A stretch of 64,000 bases of DNA from Chloroflexota bacterium. GTDB lineage: Bacteria > Chloroflexota > Limnocylindria > Limnocylindrales > CSP1-4. How positions within the stretch are numbered: the stretch's first letter is position 1; every line of letters starts with the position of its first letter. Below the pieces are notes generated by a model. The model ran no database searches and was not told the origin of the DNA. It worked only from the letters and a program-made list of their open reading frames with translations. Positions 9,628 through 20,804 of this stretch are shown here, in pieces. The position numbers were made by a program, and so were the translations under genes. Where the stretch lies: contig JAJYGH010000026.1 in NCBI GenBank assembly GCA_021785175.1, positions 67-64,066 on the forward strand. The letters are read 5' to 3'.

Positions 9628-10589
9628 CGGTACGTCGCCAGCGCGTCGAGCAACAGGTCCCAGAACCGCATGGCGTCGATCCGCGTCGGCACCGTCGCGT
9701 TCTTCGGCAGCCCGAGCACGTCGTCGACGTCGACGAGCGTCCGGCCGTACGAGAACTCCGCGCTCGTCTCGATGTCCACGTGCATCGGCTCCGCCTCGAA
9801 CATGGTCGGGTCGATGAGCCATGCCACGGCCGTCGGATCGTGGAGCGCGGGCCCGAACGACCGCCGGCGGCGGGACGTCGTGTCCCCGTAGAAGCGGAGC
9901 ATGGCGGCGCACATGTCGCCCACCGCGGTGCCCAGGCCGGCCACTCGTCCGATGATGTCGGGCGTCGCGATGACCTGGTGCGTCAGCTCCAGGCCGCACA
10001 TCGTGAGCGGGACGCCACTCTCGAAGACGATCCGCGCGGCCTCCGGGTCGACCACGATGTTGAACTCCGCGGCCGGCGTCCGGTTGCCGAGCCCCCACGC
10101 ACCGCCCATGAGCGAGATCTCGCGCAGGCGGGACGCGAGCCGCGGCTCGCGGCGCAGCGCTGTCGCGACGTTCGTCAGCGGCCCGATCGCGACCAGCGTC
10201 ATGGGCTCGCCGGCCGCCATGATCAGTTCGACGATCAGATCGACCGCGTGGCGCGGATCGACGTCGACCACGGGCGGGCCGAACGCGGGCCCGTCGAGAC
10301 CCGACTCGCCGTGAATGTCGCTGCCGACGATCTGGGCGCGCACGAGCGGTCGGTCGCAGCCCTGCGCGATCGGCACGCCCCGGATCCCGGCCACCGTGCA
10401 GATCCGCCGCGCGTTGAGCGTCATCCGGTCGACCGTGTGGTTCCCGGCCACCGTCGTGATCGCCCGCAGGTCGATCGCCGGCGACGCTGCCGCGAGCAGG
10501 ATCGCGAAGGCGTCGTCGAGGCCCGGATCGCAATCGAGGATGATCGGTCGGCGGCCGACGCCCCCCGCGCCCGTCGTGGGTCCGCTCAC
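9624..10589 (-). CDS. nucleoside hydrolase (RihA/RihB-like pyrimidine-type motif DCDPGLDD), paralog 2
   Basis: C-terminal part of ORF 9624..12347. VGRRPIILDCDPGLDDAFAIL..., LVAIGPLTNVA and NIVVDPEAARIVF motifs. GTG start at 10587..10589 overlaps the stop of the upstream paralog as GTGA. Confidence 0.75.
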   Translation of the reverse strand: MSGPTTGAGGVGRRPIILDCDPGLDDAFAILLAAASPAIDLRAITTVAGNHTVDRMTLNARRICTVAGIRGVPIAQGCDRPLVRAQIVGSDIHGESGLDGPAFGPPVVDVDPRHAVDLIVELIMAAGEPMTLVAIGPLTNVATALRREPRLASRLREISLMGGAWGLGNRTPAAEFNIVVDPEAARIVFESGVPLTMCGLELTHQVIATPDIIGRVAGLGTAVGDMCAAMLRFYGDTTSRRRRSFGPALHDPTAVAWLIDPTMFEAEPMHVDIETSAEFSYGRTLVDVDDVLGLPKNATVPTRIDAMRFWDLLLDALATYR

Positions 10590-11524
10590 GCCCCGTAGCT
10601 CGCGATCGCGCCAACCATCAGGTCCCAGAAGCGCGGCACGTCGAGCTTCGTCGCGACCTGCACGTTCTTCGGCAACCCGAGCACGTCGTGCAGATCGACG
10701 ACCGTCCGGCCGTACGAGAACTCCGCGTGCGTCTCGATATCGACGTGCGCGGGCTGCGTCTCGACCATCGTCGGGTCGATGACCCAGGCCACCGCCGTGG
10801 GATCGTGAAGCGGCGGCCCGTCGAAGCCGTGCATCCGCCTGTACGTGCTGGCGAAGAACTGGAGCATCTCGACCGCGAAGTCGCCGAGCGGGGTGTGCAG
10901 GTCGGCGAAGCGCTGGATGATGTCGGGCGTCGCCTTCGCCTGGTGCGTCAGCTCCAGGCCGCACATCGTGAGCGGGACGCCGCTCTCGAACACGATCCGG
11001 GCGGCCTCCGGGTCCACGAGGATGTTGAACTCGGCCGACGGCGTCTGGTTGCCGAAGCCCCACGCGCCGCCCATCAGCGAGATGTGGCGGATCTTCGGCA
11101 GGATCCGCGGCTCCCGGCGCATCGCCATGCCGATGTTGGTCAGCGGCCCGGTGGGCACGAGCATGATGTCGCCGTCCGACGCCATGAGCAGCTCGACGAT
11201 GAGATCGACGGCGTGGCGCGGGTCGAGCGGCACGTCCGGCTCGCCCGCGAATGTGGGGCCTTCCAGGCCGGACTCCCCGTGGATGTTCGCCGCGACGCGT
11301 TGCTCCCGGACGAGCGGCCGATCGCACCCCGCGGCGATCGGCACGTCCCGGATCCCGGCGCGGCTGCACACCCGGCGCGCGTTCAGCGTGGTCTTCGGGA
11401 GCGTCTGGTTGCCCGCGACGGTCGTGATCGCGAGGAGATCGATCTCGGGCGATGCGTTGGCGAGCAGGATCGCCATCGCGTCGTCGTGGCCGGGATCGAC
11501 GTCGAGGATGATCTTCTGTGACAC
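10586..11524 (-). CDS. nucleoside hydrolase (RihA-like, DVDPGHDD), paralog 3
   Basis: 312 aa. MSQKIILDVDPGHDDAMAILLA, TGPLTNIGMAM and NILVDPEAARIVF motifs. Shares close identity with paralog 2 across its length. Confidence 0.85.
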   Translation of the reverse strand: MSQKIILDVDPGHDDAMAILLANASPEIDLLAITTVAGNQTLPKTTLNARRVCSRAGIRDVPIAAGCDRPLVREQRVAANIHGESGLEGPTFAGEPDVPLDPRHAVDLIVELLMASDGDIMLVPTGPLTNIGMAMRREPRILPKIRHISLMGGAWGFGNQTPSAEFNILVDPEAARIVFESGVPLTMCGLELTHQAKATPDIIQRFADLHTPLGDFAVEMLQFFASTYRRMHGFDGPPLHDPTAVAWVIDPTMVETQPAHVDIETHAEFSYGRTVVDLHDVLGLPKNVQVATKLDVPRFWDLMVGAIASYGA

Positions 11525-11566
11525 GATTCTCTCCTGCGTGCGCGGTACCTGGTGTGGGGCGCCCGG

Positions 11567-12547
11567 TCAGGCGGCGGCCGCCGGGGCCGGGAGCGGATGC
11601 GTCAGCACCCCCACGAGCTGGTCGACGAAGCGGCGCGAATCCACCCGAAGAGCGACGCGCGTGAACGGGCCGCTCCGGCCCTCCGCCTCCATGTACTTCG
11701 GCCGCCGGTCGACCATCGTCATGCCGCGCGTCGGGCCTTCCGCTCGCGCGACGTGCACCTCGACGTCGGCCGACGACATCACGAGCGACGGCTCCACGGC
11801 CACCCCGGCAGCGAGGGGGTCGTGCAGCGGGCAGATCCGGCGTCCGCCGAAGCTCCGAGCGTAGACGCCGAGGTAGTGCTGCAGGATCGCGGTCGCGAAC
11901 CGGGCCTGCGGCGTATCCGCCGCCGCGATCGCCTCCAGCTCCGGTTCCTCGAGACGCGTCTCCATCGTGACGTCCAGGCCCACCATCGTGACCGGCCAGC
12001 CGGCGTTGAACACGAGCTCGGCCGCTTCCGGGTCGTGCCAGATGTTGGCCTCCCCGAAGGGCGCCGCGTTGCCCACGCCATCGAACGACCCGCCCATGAG
12101 CGTCACCGAGCGGATGAGACGCGGGAGGTCCCGGTCCATGACGAGGGCCGTCCCGAGGTTCGTCAGGGGTCCGGTCGCCACGACGTCGTACTCGCCCGGT
12201 CGCTCGTGCGCGAGCCGGATCAGCTGCGCGACCGCGTGCTCCCTCGTCGGCCCGCGCCGCGGGTCCGGCTGGTTCGTGTTCCCGAGCCCGTCGTCGCCGT
12301 GCACCCAGCCCGCGGTCGCCAGCTCCTGCGCCATCGGGCGCCAGCACCCGACCGCGACCGGCACGTCGTCCAGCCCGCAGAGCTCGAGCACCCGCCGCCC
12401 GTTCTGCGCCGCCAGTGACGCCTCCACGTTTCCGTGCACGCTGCCGACGGCCGTGATGCGGACGCCGGGACGACCGGCCAGGTAGAGCATCGCGAGCGAG
12501 TCGTCGACGCCGACGTCCATGTCGAGGATGAGCGAACGAGGTTCCAC
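11567..12547 (-). CDS. nucleoside hydrolase (IU-NH family), divergent paralog 4
   Basis: 326 aa. LILDMDVGVDDSLAML, VVATGPLTNLG and NIWHDPEAAELVF motifs. Confidence 0.8.
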   Translation of the reverse strand: MEPRSLILDMDVGVDDSLAMLYLAGRPGVRITAVGSVHGNVEASLAAQNGRRVLELCGLDDVPVAVGCWRPMAQELATAGWVHGDDGLGNTNQPDPRRGPTREHAVAQLIRLAHERPGEYDVVATGPLTNLGTALVMDRDLPRLIRSVTLMGGSFDGVGNAAPFGEANIWHDPEAAELVFNAGWPVTMVGLDVTMETRLEEPELEAIAAADTPQARFATAILQHYLGVYARSFGGRRICPLHDPLAAGVAVEPSLVMSSADVEVHVARAEGPTRGMTMVDRRPKYMEAEGRSGPFTRVALRVDSRRFVDQLVGVLTHPLPAPAAAA

Positions 12548-12617
12548 GCGGGCCTCCAGGTTCTGTCGGGCTGCGATCCGGGCCCCGGTGGCGACCGCCG
12601 GCCGGGCAGCGCCGATG

Positions 12618-13550
12618 TCAGGCGATCCGGTTGCGGCGGCGGCGCATCATCGCGAACGCCAGCGCGACCAGCGTGACGACGTAGGGGATCGTCAGGACCA
12701 GGTCGGGCGAGATGTTGAAGCTCGGGATGACCTGGATCCGGTCGGCGACCGCGTTCGCCAGCCCGAACACGGCCGACGCGATGAGCGATCCGACCGGGGT
12801 CGCGTTGCCGAAGATCTCGGCCGAGAGCCCGATGAACCCGACGCCGTTCGTCATCTCGCGGATGAACTCGTTGAGCGTCGCCATCGCGATCTGGGCCCCG
12901 CCGAGGCCCGCGCACGCGCCGCTGATCATGACGGTCAGGATCTTGAGCGTGGTCGGGTTCAGGCCCGCGGCCTCGACGGCCTCCGGGTTCTCGCCCGTCG
13001 CCCGGATGTGCAGCCCGATCTTCGTGCGGTACAGGACGACGTGCGAGACCACCACCAGGACCAGGGCCAGGAACACGATGAACGTCTGGCCGTTGAGCAT
13101 GTGGTAGAGGATCCCGAGCCCGGGCTGGTTCGACCAGTCGGGCGGCAGGTTGAGGCTCCAGATCTGCGGGAACGTGGACGGCGTGTAGCTGCCCTCGTTG
13201 TTGTAGAGGCGCTCGAGCAGGAACACCGTGAGCCCGTCCGCGAGCAGGTTGATGCCGATGCCGGCCACGAAGACGTCCGCGCCGAGCACGAGCACGACGT
13301 AGGCGAACAGTGCCGACATCGCCATCGCGGAAAGGATCGCGCCGAGGATCGCGAGCGAGACGCTCTGCGTTGCGGCGCCGACGGCGATCGAGAAGAACGC
13401 CGCCGTCAGCATCATCCCCTCCATCGCGATGTTGAGGATGTTCGCCTGCTGCGTGAACACGCAGCCGATCGCAGCGAGCAGGATCGGCGTCATGTAGAGG
13501 AGGAGCGCGCCGAGGAGATCGGCGTTGACGAGCTGTCCGAGCGAGCTCAT
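12618..13550 (-). CDS. ABC transporter permease, BMP/nucleoside uptake system (second permease)
   Basis: C-terminal 310 aa of ORF 12618..14390 (MSSLGQLV...). Many TM helices. ATG 13548..13550 overlaps the upstream stop as ATGA. Confidence 0.8.
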   Translation of the reverse strand: MSSLGQLVNADLLGALLLYMTPILLAAIGCVFTQQANILNIAMEGMMLTAAFFSIAVGAATQSVSLAILGAILSAMAMSALFAYVVLVLGADVFVAGIGINLLADGLTVFLLERLYNNEGSYTPSTFPQIWSLNLPPDWSNQPGLGILYHMLNGQTFIVFLALVLVVVSHVVLYRTKIGLHIRATGENPEAVEAAGLNPTTLKILTVMISGACAGLGGAQIAMATLNEFIREMTNGVGFIGLSAEIFGNATPVGSLIASAVFGLANAVADRIQVIPSFNISPDLVLTIPYVVTLVALAFAMMRRRRNRIA

Positions 13551-14643
13551 GCGGCGCTCGCCCGACGGCCGATCAGCCGGCCGAGACGCGGCCTGGCCTG
13601 CGCGGTCATGATGACCACGATGATCCCCTCGAGAATGTTCACGAGCGGGTTCGGGACGGGCGTCTGGATCTGCATGATGGCGGCGCCGTTCAGCAGGGCC
13701 GCGTACAGGAACGCCATTCCGAGCGTGCCCCACGGGTTGAGCCGACCGAGCAGCGCGGCCGTCAGGCCGAGGAACCCGAAGCCCGGCGAGAACCCCTGGT
13801 AGAAGCGGTGCTCGACGCCCATGACCTCGATCGCGCCGCCGATGCCGGCGATGGCCCCGGAGATGAACATCGTCTCGATCAGCGTCCTGCGGACGTTCAC
13901 ACCCATCGCCTGCGCGAACCGGCGGTTCGTGCCGGCGGATCGCACGTTGGCACCCCACACGGTCCGGAACATGAGGAACCAGGTCGCGATCGCGATGACG
14001 AGCGCGATGAGGAGGCCGACGGTGACGGCGGACGGCGGGAGGATGCCCGGCAGCCACGCCTGGCTGGCGATGTACGTGGTGGCCGGTGCGCCCGCCGTCG
14101 GGTCGCGGAACTGGTTGTCGACGAAGTACTGCGTGACGAGCATCGCGATGTAGTTCATCAGCAGCGTGCTGACGACCTCGTCGACCTCCCAGAAGGCCTT
14201 GAGCGCCCCGGCGATGGCCGCCCAGATGCCGCCCGCGACCGCTGCGACGACGATGATCGCGAGGATGAGGAGCGGTCCCGGCAGGCTCACGAACGTGAAG
14301 CCTGCGACTGCGCCCCAGAAGGCGCCGAGGTACATCTGGCCCTCGCCGCCGATGTTGAACGCGCCGCCGCGGAACGCGATGACGACGCACATGCCGGTCG
14401 TGATGAGCGGCGTGGCCTTGGCCAGCAGGTTGCCGAAGTCCAGGGCGTTGTCGAAGCTGCCGAAGAGGAACGCGTGGTACGCGGCCACCGGGTTCTCCCC
14501 GATGGCCACGATCAGGACGATGCCGAGGATCAGCGCGAACGCAAGCGTCAGCGCGGGCTGCACGAGCGCGTCCGCGACGGATCGCAGGCCCGCGGCGGCG
14601 CGCGTCCGGAGAGCTTCGTCCTGGTCGATGACGCTGCCTTCGC

Positions 14644-14647
<4 letters not shown>
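13547..14647 (-). CDS. ABC transporter permease, BMP/nucleoside uptake system (first permease)
   Basis: 366 aa and highly hydrophobic. GTG 14645..14647 overlaps the ATPase stop as GTGA. Confidence 0.8.
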
Positions 14648-16182
<1,535 letters not shown>

Positions 16183-16287
16183 GTCACGAGTACCCGTCTC
16201 CCGCTGGCCCTCGCGGTGCCATCGGGCTCCGGAGGGAGGAATCCGCCGGGGACGAGCGCGCGCCCCCGGCGGACATGGAATGGGCGG

Positions 16288-17469
16288 TTACTGGCTGAAC
16301 GCGCTCTGGACCGTGACCTTGCCGCTCGCGACGTCCTGCTCGGCCGCGTTGAGCTTGTCGACCACGGACTGCGGGACGTCCTGCGTGTCGATGATCAGGC
16401 CGACGCCCTTCTGTGGAAGGCCGTAGTGAAGCAGCGTGCCCCACGGCGCGTTGCCGAGGATCGCGGCCTTGATCTGGTCGTACAACGAGTTGCCGACCTC
16501 CTTGACCATCGACGCCAGCACGTGGCCCGGGTACAGGTTGTTCTGGTTCGAGTCGACGCCGATCGAGTACTTGTTCGCCTGGGACGAGGCCTTCAGCACA
16601 CCGAGGCCTGCTCCGCCGGCGACGGCGAACACGATGTCTGCGCCCTGGTCGTACATCGCCTGGGTCAGGTTGTACGCCTTGTTCGCGTCGTTGAAGTTGC
16701 CGATGTAGGAGACGAGGATGTTCGACGGCTTGATCCCGACGGACTCCGCGCCCTGCTTGTAGCCGTCGACGAAGTCGTTGATGACCGGGATGTTCATGCC
16801 GCCGACGAGGCCGATCTTGCCGCCGCCGCTCGACAGCTTGAAGTCCGTCTTGTCGGTCGCGACGATGCCCGCGAGCACCCCCGCCAGGTACGACCCGTCG
16901 TTCTGCTTGTACTCGATGCTCAGCACGTTCGCCAGTGCGACCTGATCGTCGAACTGGATGTAGTGCTGGTTCGGGTGCTGCTTGGCGACCTGGGTCAGGT
17001 TGTCGTGCTGCTGCGTGCTGCCGGTGATGACCAGGTTGTAGCTGCCGTCGGAGACCGACTGCAGGTTCTGCAGCCACTGCGACGGGTCGGTCGGGGATGC
17101 CTGCAGCACCTTCGTCTGGATGCCGAAGTCCTGCGCGGCCCGCATCACGCCGGCGTTCGCCGAATCGAAGAAGCCCTTGTCGCCGAGCGTCCCCGGGATC
17201 ACGAGGGCGACCTTGAAGTTCTGATCGTGCGGATTGGCCGCCGACGTGGACGCGCCGGGGACGGCGGACGCGGCGGAGGCCGCAGCGCTTGCGGGTGCCG
17301 AGCTGGCCGGCGCCACGGCGGAGGCCGCAGCGCTTGCGGGTGCCGAGCTGGCTGGCGCCGCCGCACTGCCCGGCGCCGTCGTCGCGCCCGACCCGCAGGC
17401 GGCCGACAGGAGGGTCGCGGCGACGAGGATCGCCGGCACCCGAGTCTTGGTGAACCACGAGTTGGTCAT
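16288..17469 (-). CDS. BMP family (PnrA/Med-like) nucleoside-binding lipoprotein, ABC substrate-binding component
   Basis: ORF 16288..17517. Start chosen at ATG 17469 (MTNSWFTKTRVPAILVAATLLSAACGSG, lipobox-like LSAAC). BMP-type core (KVALVIPGTLGDKGFFDSA...). Low-complexity A/S/P linker with an internal 2x45-nt tandem repeat. Confidence 0.85.
   Translation of the reverse strand: MTNSWFTKTRVPAILVAATLLSAACGSGATTAPGSAAAPASSAPASAAASAVAPASSAPASAAASAASAVPGASTSAANPHDQNFKVALVIPGTLGDKGFFDSANAGVMRAAQDFGIQTKVLQASPTDPSQWLQNLQSVSDGSYNLVITGSTQQHDNLTQVAKQHPNQHYIQFDDQVALANVLSIEYKQNDGSYLAGVLAGIVATDKTDFKLSSGGGKIGLVGGMNIPVINDFVDGYKQGAESVGIKPSNILVSYIGNFNDANKAYNLTQAMYDQGADIVFAVAGGAGLGVLKASSQANKYSIGVDSNQNNLYPGHVLASMVKEVGNSLYDQIKAAILGNAPWGTLLHYGLPQKGVGLIIDTQDVPQSVVDKLNAAEQDVASGKVTVQSAFSQ
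17275..17362. repeat. 2 x 45-nt near-perfect tandem duplication inside the SBP linker (encodes APASSAPASAAASAV/A twice)
   Basis: ggaggccgcagcgcttgcgggtgccgagctggccggcgccacggc followed by the same unit with one C-to-T change. Confidence 0.8.
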
Positions 17470-17514
17470 CTCGCTCCTCTCCACGGTGGTCACGAGTCCA
17501 TAGGGCACGAACCC

Positions 17515-17531
17515 CACTCCCCACTCGGTCG
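17515..17531. promoter_or_regulatory. inverted repeat GCGTGAC-CGC-GTCACGC in the rbsK-SBP intergenic spacer
   Basis: 7-bp perfect arms. It lies between the ribokinase stop (17558) and the SBP start (17469) on the minus-strand transcript. Confidence 0.35.
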
Positions 17532-17557
17532 TCGCGTGACCGCGTCACGCCGTCGGT

Positions 17558-18523
17558 TCACATAGGCAACCCCCCGGCCGGCACCGACGACGGTACGAGC
17601 TCGTCAACCCGCACCGAAGCGGCGAGCTCGCGCGCCTCGCCCCGAGCCGGCAGCGACGGCTGCGCTCCCGCCCGCGTCGTTGCCAGCGATCCGGCCGCCA
17701 CGGCGAGGGCGAGCGCGCGCTCCTCCGTCAGGCCCTCGGCGATCGCGACCGCGAGAGCGCCGACGAAGGCGTCGCCCGCCGCGGTCGTGTCGACGACCGC
17801 GACGTCCGGGGGGTCCGCGTGCCACGCGGACTCGCGCGACACGAGGACGGCTCCCCGTGCACCGAGGGTCACGGCAACGAGGCCCGGACCGCTGGGAAGC
17901 AGAGCGCGCGCGGCGCGCGCGGCCTCAGACACACCGCGCACGGGCAGTCCCGACAGCTGCGCGGCCTCGACCTCGTTGACGACGAGCGTGTCGACGCCAC
18001 GGAGGAGTCCGGGATCGACGCCGGGCCGGACCGGCGCGGCGTTGAGCAGGACGTGCCATCCGCGGCCGGCGCCCATCTCGATCGCCGACGCGACCACGGG
18101 GACGGGGATCTCGAGCTGCAGGACGAGGACGGCCGGCTCGTCGGAGACGGCGACCGCCTCGAGGTCGGCCAGCGCCGTGCGTTCGTTCGCCCCGGCGGCG
18201 ACGACGATCGCGTTCTCTCCGTCGCGCCCGCGAAGGATGAACGCCGATCCGCTCGGGACCGCGGGGTCGTCGACGATGGCGTCGGAGACGCCGCTCGACG
18301 CGAGCGCACCACGGAGCGACGTGCCGGCCCCATCCCGCCCCACGCGTCCCACCATGAGCACAGGGGTGTCGCCGAGACGCGCGGCCGCAGCCGCCTGGTT
18401 CGCGCCCTTGCCCCCCGACGCCACCGCCATGGACCTCGCGATGATCGTCTCGCCCCAGTCCGGGCGGCGATCGACGTCGAACGCGACATCCTGGTTGAGG
18501 CTGCCGAAGCACACGATCCTCAC
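17558..18523 (-). CDS. rbsK: ribokinase (PfkB family)
   Basis: 321 aa. N-terminal GGKGANQA motif and C-terminal DTTAAGDAFVGALA anion-hole motif. Confidence 0.85.
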   Translation of the reverse strand: MRIVCFGSLNQDVAFDVDRRPDWGETIIARSMAVASGGKGANQAAAAARLGDTPVLMVGRVGRDGAGTSLRGALASSGVSDAIVDDPAVPSGSAFILRGRDGENAIVVAAGANERTALADLEAVAVSDEPAVLVLQLEIPVPVVASAIEMGAGRGWHVLLNAAPVRPGVDPGLLRGVDTLVVNEVEAAQLSGLPVRGVSEAARAARALLPSGPGLVAVTLGARGAVLVSRESAWHADPPDVAVVDTTAAGDAFVGALAVAIAEGLTEERALALAVAAGSLATTRAGAQPSLPARGEARELAASVRVDELVPSSVPAGGLPM

Positions 18524-19518
18524 CCGAACGCCCTCGTCGACTCGCGGACGACCAGCCGGGGTCGCAGCCGGACATGGGTTGGAGCCCCCCTGGCACGCGC
18601 GTCAAGCGCCACCCGCACCGCCTCGGAGCCCATGCGGCGGGCGGGCTGGTGGATCGTCGTCAGCGCGGGTCGCGAATAGGCCGCGAACTCGAGATCGTCG
18701 AAGCCGACGACCGAGACGTCCTCGGGGACCCGGACGTCATGCGCCGCCAGCTCGCGGATGAACGCGAGGCCGGCCAGGTCGTTGGGCGCGGTGACGGCGG
18801 TCGGGCGGAGCTTCAACCGGAGAAACGCGCGGGCCGCGCGGACGCCATCCTCGGTGGTGAACCCGCCGGGCACGATGACGGGCTCGAGTGACCGTTCCTC
18901 CATCGCCAGGGCATAGCCGTGAAGGCGATCGCGAGCGGTGGACGTGTCCGCCGGTCCCGAGACGCACGCGATGCGCGTGTGCCCGAGCTCCAGCAGGTGT
19001 TCGGTCGCGAGCCGGCCGCCGAGGGTGTTGTCGACGGTCACGCTCGGGAGGTCGAGGCCCTCGATCAGGCGGTCGACGAGCACGATGGGGCACCGCGGGA
19101 CGAACTCGAGCAGCGTCGCCGCCGACGTCTCCGCGTTCGGCACGACGATCACGAACGGGACCTGGAGCGGGACGAGCGACTCGAGGTACTGCCGTTCCAG
19201 GTTCTCGGCGCTCTCCGTGTTGCACAGGAGCAGCGCGTACCCGGCGCGCCGCGCGGTCTCCTCGGCGCCGAGCGCCACGGCCGGGAAGAACGCGTTTGCC
19301 ACGTCCGGGATCAGCAGCGGCACGATCGGCGCGCGCTGCTGGGTGAGGGCGCGGGCGAGCAGGTTCGGGGAGTACCCGAGCGCCGTGGCCGCGGCCAGCA
19401 CTCGGTCGCGTGTCCCGCTCGGCGATCCATCCCGTTCGCGCAGGATCCTGGAGACCGTCGACGCGTGCACGCCCGCGGCGGCGGCGACGTCCCTGATCGT
19501 GACGCGGGTTCCTCCCAT
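18520..19518 (-). CDS. LacI family transcriptional regulator
   Basis: C-terminal 332 aa of ORF 18520..19890. HTH at VTIRDVAAAAGVHASTVSRIL plus a periplasmic-binding-protein-like domain. Start at ATG 19518. The stop overlaps the rbsK start as ATGA. Confidence 0.8.
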   Translation of the reverse strand: MGGTRVTIRDVAAAAGVHASTVSRILRERDGSPSGTRDRVLAAATALGYSPNLLARALTQQRAPIVPLLIPDVANAFFPAVALGAEETARRAGYALLLCNTESAENLERQYLESLVPLQVPFVIVVPNAETSAATLLEFVPRCPIVLVDRLIEGLDLPSVTVDNTLGGRLATEHLLELGHTRIACVSGPADTSTARDRLHGYALAMEERSLEPVIVPGGFTTEDGVRAARAFLRLKLRPTAVTAPNDLAGLAFIRELAAHDVRVPEDVSVVGFDDLEFAAYSRPALTTIHQPARRMGSEAVRVALDARARGAPTHVRLRPRLVVRESTRAFG

Positions 19519-19645
19519 CGGAACCTCGGCCCTCCTCGACGCTGTCGCGCCCGGGCGGCGCCTTGAAGTGAGTCCCCCGTCGCGCCCGAGCCGACGGCCC
19601 GTGCCGTGTGCTGCCCCCCGGCGAGGCCCGATTCCAGCTCGTGCG

Positions 19646-19663
19646 ACCGGTTGCGCAACCGGT
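19646..19663. promoter_or_regulatory. 18-bp perfect palindrome ACCGGTTGCGCAACCGGT, candidate LacI-family operator in the divergent lacI/psuG promoter region
   Basis: Perfect dyad symmetry, about 130 nt upstream of the lacI-like start and about 80 nt upstream of psuG. A TATAC-like element follows at 19674..19678. Confidence 0.4.
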
Positions 19664-19741
19664 TGCGCGCTGGTATACGTTGCTCGTCGGGCACGTGTCA
19701 AGCACCTTTCCCGAGAGACCGGGGCGGATGGAGGCGAGGCG

Positions 19742-20731
19742 ATGAACGAGGCCGGAGGTACGGGCTGGGACGCCGGACGGCCGGCAGCGGCCGGGAAGGG
19801 GATCTCGTCGGCGCTCCGGATCACACCCGAGGTTGCCGAGGCGATCGCCCGGGGCCGGCCCGTCGTGGCCCTCGAGTCGACGCTCATCACGCACGGGTTC
19901 CCGTACCCGGAGAACCTCCAGATCGCACGCGACAGCGAGGCCGCGATCCGCGCTCACGGAGCCGTCCCCGCGACCGTGGCCGTACGCGACGGCCGGCTCC
20001 TCGTGGGGCTGTCGGGCGACGATCTCGAGGCGCTCGCCACGTCGCGCGGCGCCGCGAAGGTCTCGCGCCCGACCCTTGCGGCCGGACTGCGACGGGGTGG
20101 CTGGGGGGCGACCACGGTGTCGGCGACGATGATCGCGGCGCACGCGGCGGGGATCCGCGTGTTCGCCACGGGCGGCATCGGCGGTGTCCACCGCGGCGCG
20201 CTCGTGGCCGCCGACGGCTCGCGAGGATCGCTCGACATCTCCGCCGATCTCGACGAACTGGCGCGGACGCCGGTCGCCGTCGTCTGCGCCGGCCCCAAGC
20301 TCATCCTCGACGTCCCGCTGACCGTGGAGGCGCTCGAGACGCGCGGCGTCCCCGTCGTGACGATCGGGAGCGAAGAGGTCCCGGGATTCTGGTCGCGGAC
20401 GAGCGGCGTGCGTTCGCCGATCGTGGCGCCGGATATCGCCGACGCGGCCGGCATCGTGTCTGCCCAACTCGGGCTGGGGCTCGGTTCGGGGCTGCTCGTC
20501 TGCGCGCCCGTCCCGGAGTCGGACGCCGTCCCGCGCGAGGTCGTGGAGTCGGCGATCGGACGGGCGACCGCGGAGGCAGGTGAGCGCGGAGTTCGCGGAG
20601 CCGACCTGACACCGTGGCTGCTGGCACGCATCGCCGACCTGACCGAGGGCGCGTCGGTGCGCGCGAACCTCGCGCTGATCCGCAACAACGCGGGAACGGC
20701 GGCCGCGATCGCGGCGCTCCTGTCAGACTGA
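19742..20731 (+). CDS. psuG: pseudouridine-5'-phosphate glycosidase
   Basis: C-terminal 330 aa of ORF 18938..20731. PsuG motifs VVALESTLITHGFPYPEN and GIRVFATGGIGGVHRG. GGAGG 7 nt upstream of ATG 19742. Confidence 0.85.
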   Translation: MNEAGGTGWDAGRPAAAGKGISSALRITPEVAEAIARGRPVVALESTLITHGFPYPENLQIARDSEAAIRAHGAVPATVAVRDGRLLVGLSGDDLEALATSRGAAKVSRPTLAAGLRRGGWGATTVSATMIAAHAAGIRVFATGGIGGVHRGALVAADGSRGSLDISADLDELARTPVAVVCAGPKLILDVPLTVEALETRGVPVVTIGSEEVPGFWSRTSGVRSPIVAPDIADAAGIVSAQLGLGLGSGLLVCAPVPESDAVPREVVESAIGRATAEAGERGVRGADLTPWLLARIADLTEGASVRANLALIRNNAGTAAAIAALLSD

Positions 20732-20804
20732 CGGAGCGGGCAGGAGAGGCATTCGCCCCGGGCGAGAGGCTCGCGTCTCGCGAGGGGTGTCGGGGGGCCG
20801 CCGG

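Noticed and set aside
9628-10614. N-terminal 329-codon extension of the adenine deaminase ORF and the 907-aa fused ORF 9624..12347
   Set aside because: The frames run open through the upstream paralogs in the wrong frame. The real starts are GTG codons overlapping the preceding stop codons.
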